Shown here piece after piece: positions 1 to 9,238 of a stretch of 57,801 bases of DNA. Below the pieces are notes generated by a model. The model was not told the origin of the DNA. It saw only the letters and a program-made list of their open reading frames with translations, and did no database searches. The stretch comes from Candidatus Falkowbacteria bacterium. Its GTDB lineage: Bacteria; Patescibacteriota; Patescibacteriia; Patescibacteriales; UBA12465. The stretch covers positions 1-57,801 of the forward strand of contig JAPLVZ010000002.1 in NCBI GenBank assembly GCA_026396805.1, written 5' to 3'. A program made the translations under genes and the position numbers. Within the stretch, counting starts at the first letter, position 1, and each line of letters begins with the position of its first letter.

Positions 1-147
1 AATGGTATCGGTATGGATTGAACTTAATCTCCGCCCTGGTTTGTATCATATCTTCGGATTTATTGCTTAATCCGAAGATATTACTCCAATTTGCCATATT
101 AGTCAGGGGGGTGTGTTAATTATGTCATGGACGAGTGCAAGAAGATT

Positions 148-275
148 GACATATAAATAACAACATATTTTAGAGCGCATGTGATTTCGTAGAGCAATCC
201 GCCATCCGCCAACCGGCGGAGGCGGATTGCCACAGAAATCACCTAAGCGAAAAAATATGTTGGGATTTATATGTC
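148..275. repeat. Long imperfect inverted repeat (~128-nt rod-like hairpin) upstream of ruvA
   Basis: Nested complementary pairs: 148-158/265-275, 161-171/252-262, 181-188/235-242, 194-203/221-230 and 205-210/215-220 (loop AACC). Confidence 0.85.
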
Positions 276-294
276 TAACTAATATTAACAGTAT

Positions 295-867
295 ATGATC
301 TCATTCTTACGCGGCCGGATAATAAACAAAGGTCTTAATTACGCGATTATTGAAACGCATGATATCGGTTATCAGGTTTTTATGGGCGAAACCCTGCTGG
401 GCGACTTAAAAGTCGGCGCGGAGACCGAATTATATACGCATCACCAAGTTAAGGAAGACGCCAGTAATTTATACGGCTTCAAATCTTTGGAAGACTTGGA
501 ATTATTTGAATTGCTTTTAACGGTTTCCGGCGTCGGACCGAAATCGGCGCTCGGAGTATTGAGCATCGCTTCCGCCGCCGACATCAAAGAAGCGATTGTC
601 CGCGGTGATGCCAACCTTTTGACTAAAGTTTCCGGCATCGGCAAGAAGACGGCCGAGCGTTTAGTTTTGGAACTAAAAACGAAAATAATGCGTTTCGGTG
701 GCAGTTCGATAACTTTAAGTTCACTGGCTGCTGGTGGCGATGATGAAATAGACGCGCTGATGTCTCTAGGCTTTTCCTTGTCGGAAGCGCGCGTGGCTTT
801 GAATTCAGTGAATCAGGAGCTGACCGATAGCGGTGAGCGGGTAAAAGCGGCGCTTAAGAAGATGTAA
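295..867 (+). CDS. ruvA: Holliday junction branch migration protein RuvA
   Basis: MISFLRG start, LYGF, HhH motifs VSGVGPKSAL and VSGIGKKTAERLVLELK, C-terminal ALMSLGFS domain. Confidence 0.97.
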   Translation: MISFLRGRIINKGLNYAIIETHDIGYQVFMGETLLGDLKVGAETELYTHHQVKEDASNLYGFKSLEDLELFELLLTVSGVGPKSALGVLSIASAADIKEAIVRGDANLLTKVSGIGKKTAERLVLELKTKIMRFGGSSITLSSLAAGGDDEIDALMSLGFSLSEARVALNSVNQELTDSGERVKAALKKM

Positions 868-942
868 CGAATAATTTCAAGGCGTGAATGATTATTTGAG
901 ACGCAATAATTATTTACGATGTCAATGGCCATATAATTACCC

Positions 943-984
943 GGCTCTTGAAGATTAAATTATCTTTACAAGAGCCTGTTTTTT
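943..984 (+). terminator. Intrinsic terminator-like hairpin after ruvA
   Basis: GGCTCTTG...CAAGAGCC stem with inner AAGAT/ATCTT, followed by a T-run. Confidence 0.6.
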
Positions 985-993
985 GGTTAAGAT
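965..993 (+). promoter_or_regulatory. Sigma70-type promoter for proS-mreBCD
   Basis: TTTACA (965-970), 17-nt spacer, TAAGAT (988-993). Confidence 0.5.
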
Positions 994-1024
994 GTAGATA
1001 ATTAAACACTCTTAATTTATATTT

Positions 1025-2266
1025 ATGCGCCAATCGCAACTTTTTACCAGGACTGTCAAAGAATTACCGAAAGACGAAACCAGTTATAACGCGCAAGCGC
1101 TGATTCGAGCTGGTTTTATTGATAAAGTTGCGGCCGGTGTTTATTCTTATCTGCCGCTAGGCAAGCGCGTCTTGGATAAGATTTGTCGCCTTATCCGTAA
1201 AGAGATGGATGAAATCGGCGGCCAAGAGATATTAATGTCCGCCCTGATCCCGAAAGAGAATATGGAAGCTTCCGGTCGCTGGGCGGCTTTTGATGTCTTG
1301 TTCCGCTTAAACGGCGGTGATAATGGTGATAATAAAGAGTACGCTCTCGGGGCGACGCACGAAGAAATCGTTTCGCCGCTGGCCAAAAAATTCATTTACT
1401 CCTATAAAGATTTACCTTTCGGCGTTTATCAGATTCAGACTAAGTTCCGTAATGAAAAAAGAGCCAAAGCCGGATTATTGCGCGGTCGGGAATTTTTAAT
1501 GAAAGACTTATATTCTTTTCATACCGACCAGGCGGATTTGGACGCTTATTATGAAAAAGCGACTGCCGCTTATAAGAAGATTTATCAGCGTTTGGGTTTG
1601 GGGGATATTACTTATTTGACCTACGCCGCCGGCGGAACTTTTTCCAAATATTCTCACGAGTTTCAGACGGTGACGCCGGCTGGAGAAGATTCAATTTATA
1701 TCTGTGAGAAATGCTCGAATAAAGTCGCTGTTAATAAGGAGATAATCGCCGAGCAGAACGCTTGCCCGCTTTGCGGCAATAAGAAATTGACGGAGAAAAA
1801 AGCGATTGAAGTCGGCAATATCTTTAAGCTCGGTACGAAGTTTTCCGCGCCTTTTCATATTTCTTATAAAGATAGCGCCGGTCAGGAAAATACCCCGGTT
1901 ATGGGCTGTTACGGTATGGGACCGAGCCGGATTATGGGCGCTATTGTAGAAATTCATCATGATGATAAGGGAATTATCTGGCCGGAAAGTATCGCGCCGT
2001 TTAAGATACATCTTTTGTCTTTAAATGAAAACGAAGCGGCCACGCGTATTTATGTCGAGTTGAGCTTGGCTGGTTTTGAGGTCTTGTATGACGACCGGGA
2101 ATTGTCGGCCGGAGAAAAATTCGCCGACGCCGATTTAATCGGCTGTCCTTATCGTCTCGTCGTCAGTAAGAAAACTTTAAGCGCGGACAGCGTGGAGATA
2201 AAGCGGCGCTCGGCCGCCGCCGGTTCATTGGTTAAGATTAAAGATTTAGCTTCTAAATTAAAATAA
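1025..2266 (+). CDS. proS: Proline--tRNA ligase, short form without the INS editing domain
   Basis: LIRAGFI, LGATHEE, FRNEKRAKAGLLRGREFLMKDLYSF, IEVGNIFKLG, MGCYGMG, anticodon-binding domain; CxxC...CxxC in place of INS. Confidence 0.96.
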   Translation: MRQSQLFTRTVKELPKDETSYNAQALIRAGFIDKVAAGVYSYLPLGKRVLDKICRLIRKEMDEIGGQEILMSALIPKENMEASGRWAAFDVLFRLNGGDNGDNKEYALGATHEEIVSPLAKKFIYSYKDLPFGVYQIQTKFRNEKRAKAGLLRGREFLMKDLYSFHTDQADLDAYYEKATAAYKKIYQRLGLGDITYLTYAAGGTFSKYSHEFQTVTPAGEDSIYICEKCSNKVAVNKEIIAEQNACPLCGNKKLTEKKAIEVGNIFKLGTKFSAPFHISYKDSAGQENTPVMGCYGMGPSRIMGAIVEIHHDDKGIIWPESIAPFKIHLLSLNENEAATRIYVELSLAGFEVLYDDRELSAGEKFADADLIGCPYRLVVSKKTLSADSVEIKRRSAAAGSLVKIKDLASKLK

Positions 2267-2269
2267 TTT

Positions 2270-3310
2270 ATGTTCAATAAATTGCTCGGAAAATTCAGTC
2301 ATGATTTGGGCATCGACCTGGGGACTAAAAATACCTTGGTTTATGTCGTGGATAAAGGGCTGGTAATCAATGAACCGAGCGTCGTTGCCATCAATAAGCG
2401 GACGAATGAAATCTTGGAAGTCGGGGAAGCCGCCAAGAAGATGGTCGGCAAGACGCCGGGGCATATTGAAACGATCAAACCGCTGGTCGAGGGAATTATT
2501 TCCGATTTTGAAGTGACGGAAAAGATGTTGAAATATTTTATAAATAAAGTTCATGCCGAGCATTTTACCCTTATTTCCCGGCCGCGCGTCGTTATCGGCA
2601 TTCCGCTGGACCTGACGGAAGTTGAGAAAAAAGCGGTTGAGGACGCCGCGAAATCCGCCGGCGCTCGGAAAGTTTATCTGATTGAAGAGGCGATGGCCGC
2701 CGCTATCGGCGCGCGTTTGCCGGTGACCGAAGCGACCGCGACCATGATTGTCGATATCGGCGGCGGTACGACTGAAATCGCCGTTATCTCTCTGGGCGGC
2801 GTCGTCACCTGGAAATCTTTAAAAGCGGCCGGTAATGAATTTGATAATGATATTATTGAATATATCCGCGAAGAATTTAATATCCTGATTGGCGAACAGC
2901 TGGCGGAAGCGATTAAGATTGCCGTCGGTTCGGCCATGCCCCTGGAAACGCCGACGGAAATTGAGGTGCGCGGCCGCGACCTGGTGACCGGTTTGCCGAA
3001 AGCCTTAATGGTCAGCGATAAGCAGATTCGGGAAGCGATCAGCCGCACGGTCGTTAAGATAATCGATAATATCAAGACGATTCTGGAAACAACTCCGCCG
3101 GAACTGGTATCCGATATTTATGAGCGCGGGCTTTATCTGTCCGGCGGCGGCGCCTTGCTCCGCGGTTTAGATAAGGCGATTTCTCTGGCCACGAAAATTC
3201 CGGTTAAGATTTCCGACGATCCGCTGACCTGCGTCGTCCGCGGCACCGGAATTTTATTGACCGATAAGGAATTATTGGCGAAAGTCCTCCTGCCTTCAAA
3301 TACCGATTAA
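2270..3310 (+). CDS. mreB: Rod shape-determining actin homolog MreB
   Basis: GIDLGT, EPSVVA, VDIGGGTTE, LSGGGALL; followed by mreC and mreD. Confidence 0.97.
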   Translation: MFNKLLGKFSHDLGIDLGTKNTLVYVVDKGLVINEPSVVAINKRTNEILEVGEAAKKMVGKTPGHIETIKPLVEGIISDFEVTEKMLKYFINKVHAEHFTLISRPRVVIGIPLDLTEVEKKAVEDAAKSAGARKVYLIEEAMAAAIGARLPVTEATATMIVDIGGGTTEIAVISLGGVVTWKSLKAAGNEFDNDIIEYIREEFNILIGEQLAEAIKIAVGSAMPLETPTEIEVRGRDLVTGLPKALMVSDKQIREAISRTVVKIIDNIKTILETTPPELVSDIYERGLYLSGGGALLRGLDKAISLATKIPVKISDDPLTCVVRGTGILLTDKELLAKVLLPSNTD

Positions 3311-3311
3311 T

Positions 3312-4115
3312 ATGGTCATAATAAAAAAAAACAGACTAATCATCTCTGGCTTGATAATCGCCGCCCTTCTGTTTTTTTCGCATCTGATCGGAATCTTACG
3401 TCCGGTGGAAAATTTTTTATTTTATCTGACGAAGCCGATTGCCGGCCGTTTTTATAAGACCGGGACGGATCTTAAAATAGCTTATGACGAGAGTAATACT
3501 CAGGAAAATTTAAACGCCAAAGTCGAGCGCTTAACCAAGGAAGTGGCCGTCTTGACCGTGGCTGATTCTCGCAGCCTGGAAATAGAAGAAGAGAACCGGA
3601 AACTGCGCGAGGCTTTGAAATTTGTCGGTAATAATAATTCCCGCGTCGTGGTCGCGAGCGTCATCGCCAAAGAAGCGGCGGCCGAAGACAGCTTGGGATT
3701 GATTATTAATCGCGGCGCCAAGGACGGCTTGGCTGCCGGTTTGGCGGTCGTCAGCGAAGAAGGTCTGATTGTCGGCAAGGTTTTGGAAACCAAAGATACG
3801 ACGGCTAAGATCTGTCTGACGACCAATCGAAATTGTCAGCTGGCGGCGGCTATCCAGAATTCCAATAGGACCCAAGGAATTACCGACGGTGACCTCGGTT
3901 TAACCATTAAAATGAATTATATTCCGCAATTAGAGAAGATAACGCCCGGTGATATCGTTATCACTTCCGGACTCGGCGAACATATTGCTCGCGGTTTGGT
4001 TATCGGTCGGATTGCGACGGTTTATAACGAGAGTAATGAAGTCTGGCAGTCGGCGACTATCGAGCCTTTGGTTAATTTGAACAATTTAACTATCGTGGCC
4101 GTCATCATTCCTTAA
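3312..4115 (+). CDS. mreC: Rod shape-determining protein MreC
   Basis: N-terminal TM, coiled coil (EEENRKLREAL), INRGAKDG, GDIVITSGLG, GLVIG; synteny. Confidence 0.92.
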   Translation: MVIIKKNRLIISGLIIAALLFFSHLIGILRPVENFLFYLTKPIAGRFYKTGTDLKIAYDESNTQENLNAKVERLTKEVAVLTVADSRSLEIEEENRKLREALKFVGNNNSRVVVASVIAKEAAAEDSLGLIINRGAKDGLAAGLAVVSEEGLIVGKVLETKDTTAKICLTTNRNCQLAAAIQNSNRTQGITDGDLGLTIKMNYIPQLEKITPGDIVITSGLGEHIARGLVIGRIATVYNESNEVWQSATIEPLVNLNNLTIVAVIIP

Positions 4116-4146
4116 GAACCCCCGGTCATTAGAATTATATGGGATT

Positions 4147-4680
4147 ATGTTGAAAAAAATCGGGCAGATATTTTTTTTAGTTCTATTGTTTTCGGGCGTC
4201 GCAATCGTCCAGTTTTCTTTTGTTTTAGCGCTGCCGTCGGTTTTTAATCAGATAAATCTGACGGTGATAGTTTTGGTCTTCACCTTATTTTTTTTCGGCC
4301 TCCGGCCGGCGCTTTACGCCGCCATCATTTTAGGCGGCTGGCTGGATCTTTACTCTTTTAATTTTTTTGGGCTTTATCTGCTTCTTTTTTGTCTGACCGT
4401 TATCCTCGTCAACTGGATACTTAAGGCCTGGCTGACTAACCGCTCTTTATATTCTTTTCTGTTATTAATGTTAATCGCGACGCTGACCTTTGGCTTGGCG
4501 TCGGGTTTCCTGTTTTATTTTTCCGGCGCGTCTTCCGGCGGCTTCTTTTTATGGAGCGGCGCTTTTTGGTCAAAGCTGTTTTATCAGGCGGTTTGGAGCG
4601 AACTGGCCGGTTTACTCTTGTTCAGTTTGACCGGCGCGACGGCGCGCCGTTTCCAGCCCTTTTTTCTGGAGAAAAGATAA
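4147..4680 (+). CDS. mreD: Rod shape-determining protein MreD (probable)
   Basis: 177-aa multi-TM protein with GGWLDLYS..FG motif directly after mreC. Confidence 0.75.
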   Translation: MLKKIGQIFFLVLLFSGVAIVQFSFVLALPSVFNQINLTVIVLVFTLFFFGLRPALYAAIILGGWLDLYSFNFFGLYLLLFCLTVILVNWILKAWLTNRSLYSFLLLMLIATLTFGLASGFLFYFSGASSGGFFLWSGAFWSKLFYQAVWSELAGLLLFSLTGATARRFQPFFLEKR

Positions 4681-4768
4681 TTTTTGGAGCCGGGTTTTTG
4701 GAGAAAGGGGCGCCTTATGTTATTATATAAATAATTAATTTTAATAAGACATTTTATTAACAGCTATT

Positions 4769-5746
4769 ATGTACGATTTTATAACCATCGGCGGGACGAC
4801 GCGCGACATTTCCTTTTTTACCGATCAGGGGGTATTGCTGAATAATGACGCGGATATTTTACGCCAGAAACTTCTGGCGTTTGAATCGGGCGCGAAAATA
4901 AAAGTTGATAAATTTTATTATTCTTACGGCGGCGGGGCGGCCAATGCCGCGGTCTGTCTGGCTAATTTCGGTCTTAGAACCGCCTGTCTCGCGCCGGTTG
5001 GCGACGACAAAAACGGGCGTTTGATTATTGAGAATTTGCGGGCGCGGCGGGTGGATACGCGCTTGATGGACAAGATAAAAAATGAAGAAAGCGGTTCTTC
5101 GTTTATTCTGATCGCTCCGGACGGTGAAAGGATAATTTTCGCCCAGCGCGCCGCCAATACGAGTTTGGCGATAAATGAAAAAGATATTTCTTATTTAAAG
5201 AAGACTAAGGGCATCTACATCGCCTCTTTGGCCGGTGATTGGCCGGGAAATTTAAGGAAGATTTTTTCCGTCGTCGGTGCCAAGGGTCCGAATGTCTTTT
5301 GGAATCCGGGGACGACGCAACTACTGGGCGGAGCGGAGAAGATAAAAATGTATCTGAAAAAAACGACCGTCTTAGCTTGCAATAAGGATGAAGCGCTGGC
5401 TTTAGTCTTAAATTCCGAGGGTTATAAGAATACCGATCATGAGGTTTTAAATAAAACGGAAAATCTTATCAAGATTATTCATAGCTTCGGTCCCAAAATC
5501 GTGGTCATTACTCTGGGGACTGACGGCGTGGTAGTTTTTGACGGCCGGAAGGTTTATCGGCATGGTATTTTAAAAGAAAAGAAGCGCGTGGATACGACCG
5601 GCGTCGGCGACATTTTTAATTCCTCTTTCGCCGCCGGCTGGACTTTACTCAAAGGCGATATTGATAAAGCCCTGCATTTAAGCTTGCAGAACGCCGCCGC
5701 TAAAGTCGCTCATATCGGCGCTCAAACCAGCTTAATTAAGATTTAA
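4769..5746 (+). CDS. PfkB/ribokinase-family carbohydrate kinase
   Basis: GGGAANAAVCLANFG, VGDD..G, VITLGTDG, DTTGVGD signature. Confidence 0.9.
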   Translation: MYDFITIGGTTRDISFFTDQGVLLNNDADILRQKLLAFESGAKIKVDKFYYSYGGGAANAAVCLANFGLRTACLAPVGDDKNGRLIIENLRARRVDTRLMDKIKNEESGSSFILIAPDGERIIFAQRAANTSLAINEKDISYLKKTKGIYIASLAGDWPGNLRKIFSVVGAKGPNVFWNPGTTQLLGGAEKIKMYLKKTTVLACNKDEALALVLNSEGYKNTDHEVLNKTENLIKIIHSFGPKIVVITLGTDGVVVFDGRKVYRHGILKEKKRVDTTGVGDIFNSSFAAGWTLLKGDIDKALHLSLQNAAAKVAHIGAQTSLIKI

Positions 5747-5815
5747 TTTTTGGTCTTATTTTATTGATTCTATTAAAGTATTTGTAGATTAAAACGCCTT
5801 AACTAAACGCCTTAT

Positions 5816-6268
5816 ATGATTAACGGAGTGATTATCAGAAAAATAGAAAAATACGAAGACAATCGCGGTTGGCTGGCGGAAATTTTCCGTCGCGACGAAC
5901 TGCATTTCGATATGGCCATGGCTTACGCCAGTCTGACGAAGCCGGGCGTAATCCGCGGTCCGCACGAACATACGGAGCAGAGCGACTGCTTTGTCTTTTT
6001 GGGCCCGGGTTCTTTCCGTTTGTACCTTTGGGACCGCCGCAACGCTTCATCAACCAGGGGCGAGACTTTAGAAATTGAGGCCGGAGCCGATAACCCGAGT
6101 TTGGTTATCGTGCCACCGGGCGTCGTTCACGGCTATAAATGCGTTTCCGCTCTTCCGGCTTTAGTCATTAATTTTCCCGATAAATTATATAAAGGTGAAG
6201 GGAAGAGGGAAGAGATTGATGAAATCCGCTGGGAAACCAGAGAAGATAGCCCTTACAGAATAAAATAA
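5816..6268 (+). CDS. rmlC: dTDP-4-dehydrorhamnose 3,5-epimerase family cupin
   Basis: DNRGWLAE, GVIRGPHEH, IVPPGVVHGY; near rmlB. Confidence 0.8.
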   Translation: MINGVIIRKIEKYEDNRGWLAEIFRRDELHFDMAMAYASLTKPGVIRGPHEHTEQSDCFVFLGPGSFRLYLWDRRNASSTRGETLEIEAGADNPSLVIVPPGVVHGYKCVSALPALVINFPDKLYKGEGKREEIDEIRWETREDSPYRIK

Positions 6269-6269
6269 T

Positions 6270-6665
6270 ATGTGTATTTTTTGCCAAATAATTAATAATA
6301 AAATCCCCTCCTTTAAGGTTTATGAAAACGATAAGATTTTGGCTATTTTAGATATTCAACCGGTTAATGCCGGCCATACTATCGTGATGAGCAAGAAACA
6401 CTACCCTAATATTGAAGAAGCGGGCGAAGATGATCTCACGGCTATAATTTTAGCGATTAAGAAAATCGGTCATCTTTTGAAAAATAAATTAGGCGTCGCC
6501 GGTTATAACGTTACGGCTAACAATGATCCGGTCGCCGGACAGATTATTCCGCACCTTCATTTTCATGTTATTCCTCGCCGCGAGGGCGACGGCCTGAAAT
6601 TATGGCCGACTTTTGGATATGGTCCGGGCGAGAGAGAAAAGATTTTAAAAAAATTATTGTCTTAA
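6270..6665 (+). CDS. HIT family nucleotide hydrolase
   Basis: CIFC start, DIQP...GHT, histidine triad HLHFHVIPR. Confidence 0.95.
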   Translation: MCIFCQIINNKIPSFKVYENDKILAILDIQPVNAGHTIVMSKKHYPNIEEAGEDDLTAIILAIKKIGHLLKNKLGVAGYNVTANNDPVAGQIIPHLHFHVIPRREGDGLKLWPTFGYGPGEREKILKKLLS

Positions 6666-6668
6666 AAT

Positions 6669-7631
6669 ATGAAACTACTCGTTACCGGCGGCGCCGGCTT
6701 CATCGGTTCTAACTTCATCCATTATTGGCTGAAGAATTATCCTGAAGACAGAATAATCAATCTGGACGCGCTGACTTACGCTGGGAATCTGGATAACCTC
6801 AAGGATTTAGAGGGTCAGGCTAATTATGAATTCGTTAAAGGCGATATCTGTGATGCCGTTTTAGTTAACGATCTGGTCAAAGGCGTTGACTTAATAGTCA
6901 ATTTCGCGGCCGAAAGCCACGTTGACCGCTCCATTAAAAATAGCACCGATTTTATTAAAACGAACGTTGAGGGAACACGCGTCCTGCTGGAAGCCGCGAA
7001 AAATAACGGTAATGTTCGTTTTCATCATATTTCCACCGATGAAGTCTTCGGAGCTTTAGAATTCGGGGCGCTGCCGTTCAATGAAAAGACGCCTTATGAT
7101 CCGCGTTCGCCTTATAGCGCCTCCAAAGCCGCCTCCGATCATCTGGTCCGCGCTTATTATCATACTTATAAATTACCGATCACTATTTCCAATTGCTCCA
7201 ATAACTACGGTCCGTACCAGTATCCGGAAAAGCTGATTCCGCTTTTTATCACTAATCTGATGGCCGGGAAACCGGTTCCGGTTTACGGCGCCGGTGCTAA
7301 TATCCGCGACTGGATTCATGTTGACGACCATAATCGCGGCGTGGATATGATAATTAAGAAAGGCCGTATCGGTGAAACTTATTGCCTGGGCGGACATAAT
7401 GAAAAAACTAATTTGGAAATCACCGGTTTGATCCTAAGCTTGATGGGCAAAGGGAGAGAGATGATTGAATACGTCCCGGATCGCTTAGGCCATGATTTAA
7501 GATACGCGATTGATTTTTCTAAGGCGAAGAAAGAATTAGGCTGGGAGCCGCTCCTATCTTTTGCGGACGGCTTGCGCGCCACCGTCGACTGGTATAAGGT
7601 TAATGTGGCTTGGTGGCAGAAGTTAAAATAA
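6669..7631 (+). CDS. rmlB: dTDP-glucose 4,6-dehydratase
   Basis: GGAGFIG, FAAESHVDRS, STDEV, YSASK, NNYGPYQ.PEKLIP, DRLGHDLRY. Confidence 0.97.
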   Translation: MKLLVTGGAGFIGSNFIHYWLKNYPEDRIINLDALTYAGNLDNLKDLEGQANYEFVKGDICDAVLVNDLVKGVDLIVNFAAESHVDRSIKNSTDFIKTNVEGTRVLLEAAKNNGNVRFHHISTDEVFGALEFGALPFNEKTPYDPRSPYSASKAASDHLVRAYYHTYKLPITISNCSNNYGPYQYPEKLIPLFITNLMAGKPVPVYGAGANIRDWIHVDDHNRGVDMIIKKGRIGETYCLGGHNEKTNLEITGLILSLMGKGREMIEYVPDRLGHDLRYAIDFSKAKKELGWEPLLSFADGLRATVDWYKVNVAWWQKLK

Positions 7632-7643
7632 TTTATTACCCCT

Positions 7644-7686
7644 GAAGAATCGCGGGTTATCCGCCGCCGGTGGTTCGCGATTCTTC
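7644..7686. repeat. Intergenic palindrome with CCGCC-gcc-GGTGG apex
   Basis: GAAGAATCGCG (7644-7654) pairs with CGCGATTCTTC (7676-7686). Confidence 0.7.
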
Positions 7687-7697
7687 CTCGAATAAAT

Positions 7698-8114
7698 ATG
7701 GAGAACAAAAAAATTTTTATCATTGAAGATGACGCCAATCTTCTTTACGGCCTGGAATCGCAGTTTGCCGCCGATGAATTTGAAGTGGCGACCGCGACCG
7801 GCGCCGAGGAGCTGGAAGAACTGATGGAGACGCTCCGGGATTTTGATCCGGATTTTATTATTCTGGATTTGATTTTGCCGAAAATCGATGGTTTTGAAAT
7901 CATCAAGAAATTAAAATCCGACGACGAGCTCAATGATAAGCAGATCTTCATCTTTACCGATTTAAGCGATGAAGACAGCCGTCAGCGCAGCTTACAGTTG
8001 GGAGCCGATTATATTTTTTTCAAAGATGAGCTGGATACTTTTGAATTTGCCGAAAAAGTTAAGCATATTGTCGCGGTGAGCGAGAAGAGCGTTGATCGTG
8101 ACTACGAAGAATAG
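7698..8114 (+). CDS. Stand-alone response regulator receiver domain
   Basis: IIEDD, PDFIILDLILPKIDG, GADYIFFK; no output domain. Confidence 0.88.
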   Translation: MENKKIFIIEDDANLLYGLESQFAADEFEVATATGAEELEELMETLRDFDPDFIILDLILPKIDGFEIIKKLKSDDELNDKQIFIFTDLSDEDSRQRSLQLGADYIFFKDELDTFEFAEKVKHIVAVSEKSVDRDYEE

Positions 8115-8138
8115 AACGAATTTAATAATCTCGCCGGT

Positions 8139-8167
8139 TTGACTAATACCCTTAAAAATACTAAGAT
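8139..8167 (+). promoter_or_regulatory. Sigma70-type promoter for the second mreB
   Basis: TTGACT, 17 nt, TAAGAT. Confidence 0.55.
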
Positions 8168-8198
8168 AGATTGGTATTAGTTTTTGTTAATTACCTCC

Positions 8199-9206
8199 AT
8201 GTTTATTAAAAGAATCGGGATTGATCTCGGTACAACCTATACTTTAATCCATCTGCCCAAGCGCGGTATTGTTATCAATGAACCGAGCGTGGTGGCGGTT
8301 TCGGTTATTGATAAAAAAATCCTGGCGGTCGGAAACGAGGCCAAGGATATGATCGGCCGCACCCCGGATACGATTATCGCCGTTCGCCCTTTGAAAGATG
8401 GGGTAATCGCCGATTATCGGGCGACGGAAGCGATGATTCGTTATTTTATCAATAAGACTTTGGGCGGTATCCGGCTTTTTCGTCCGGAGGTCATGGTCGC
8501 CGTGCCGGCGGGCATTTCTTCCACGGAACGCCGGGCGGTCATCGAAGCGACAATCGCGGCCGGCGCCAAAGCCGCTTATATTATCAAGGAACCGGTCGCG
8601 GCCGCTATCGGCGCCGATATTCCCATCGGTTCGGCCACCGGTCATATGGTTATCGATATCGGCGGCGGAACGGCGGAAATGGCCGTTATTTCTTTAGGCG
8701 GCATCGTCGCCTCCACTTCCGTGCGCGTCGGCGGTAATAAATTTGACGCCGCGATTTTAGAATATATCCGCAAGAAATATAATTTGGCCATCGGCGAACG
8801 CACCGCCGAAGAAATAAAAATCAATATCGGTTCGGCTTTATATATGGAAGATAAATTATATTTGGAAATCCGCGGCCGCGATATCGTCACCGGCTTGCCG
8901 CGCAGCCTGACCGTCTCGAGCGACGATGTGACGGAAGCGATTCAGAATGAATTAGAAATGATTATCGCCGCCGCCAAAAAAGTTTTGCAAAAAACTCCGC
9001 CGGAGCTGTCGGCCGATATCATGGATAAGGGCATAGTGCTTACCGGCGGCAGCGCTTTGCTTAGGAATATCGACCAATTGATCACGCGGACGCTCGGCGT
9101 GGCCGCTTATGTCGCCGATGACGCCATGCTTTGCGTCGCCAAAGGCACCGGTATCGCTTTGGATAATTTAGATTCTTATAAACGCAGTATCTTAGCCACG
9201 AAATAA
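8199..9206 (+). CDS. mreB: Second MreB/Mbl-family actin homolog (ATG at 8199 preferred over 8184)
   Basis: GIDLGT, EPSVVA, PLKDGVIAD, IDIGGGTAE, LTGGSALL. Confidence 0.94.
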   Translation: MFIKRIGIDLGTTYTLIHLPKRGIVINEPSVVAVSVIDKKILAVGNEAKDMIGRTPDTIIAVRPLKDGVIADYRATEAMIRYFINKTLGGIRLFRPEVMVAVPAGISSTERRAVIEATIAAGAKAAYIIKEPVAAAIGADIPIGSATGHMVIDIGGGTAEMAVISLGGIVASTSVRVGGNKFDAAILEYIRKKYNLAIGERTAEEIKINIGSALYMEDKLYLEIRGRDIVTGLPRSLTVSSDDVTEAIQNELEMIIAAAKKVLQKTPPELSADIMDKGIVLTGGSALLRNIDQLITRTLGVAAYVADDAMLCVAKGTGIALDNLDSYKRSILATK

Positions 9207-9238
9207 TCAGCTGATGGCAACATCGGCTTTTTTTATTT

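Noticed and set aside
2-70. Possible 3' end of an upstream CDS (MVSVWIELNLRPGLYHIFGFIA*)
   Set aside because: Too short, truncated by the window edge, no recognisable motif, and it overlaps a strong hairpin.
1316-1333. GGTGATAAT tandem duplication in proS (GDNGDN)
   Set aside because: A 9-bp in-frame duplication in a probable loop; trivial slippage with no evident function.
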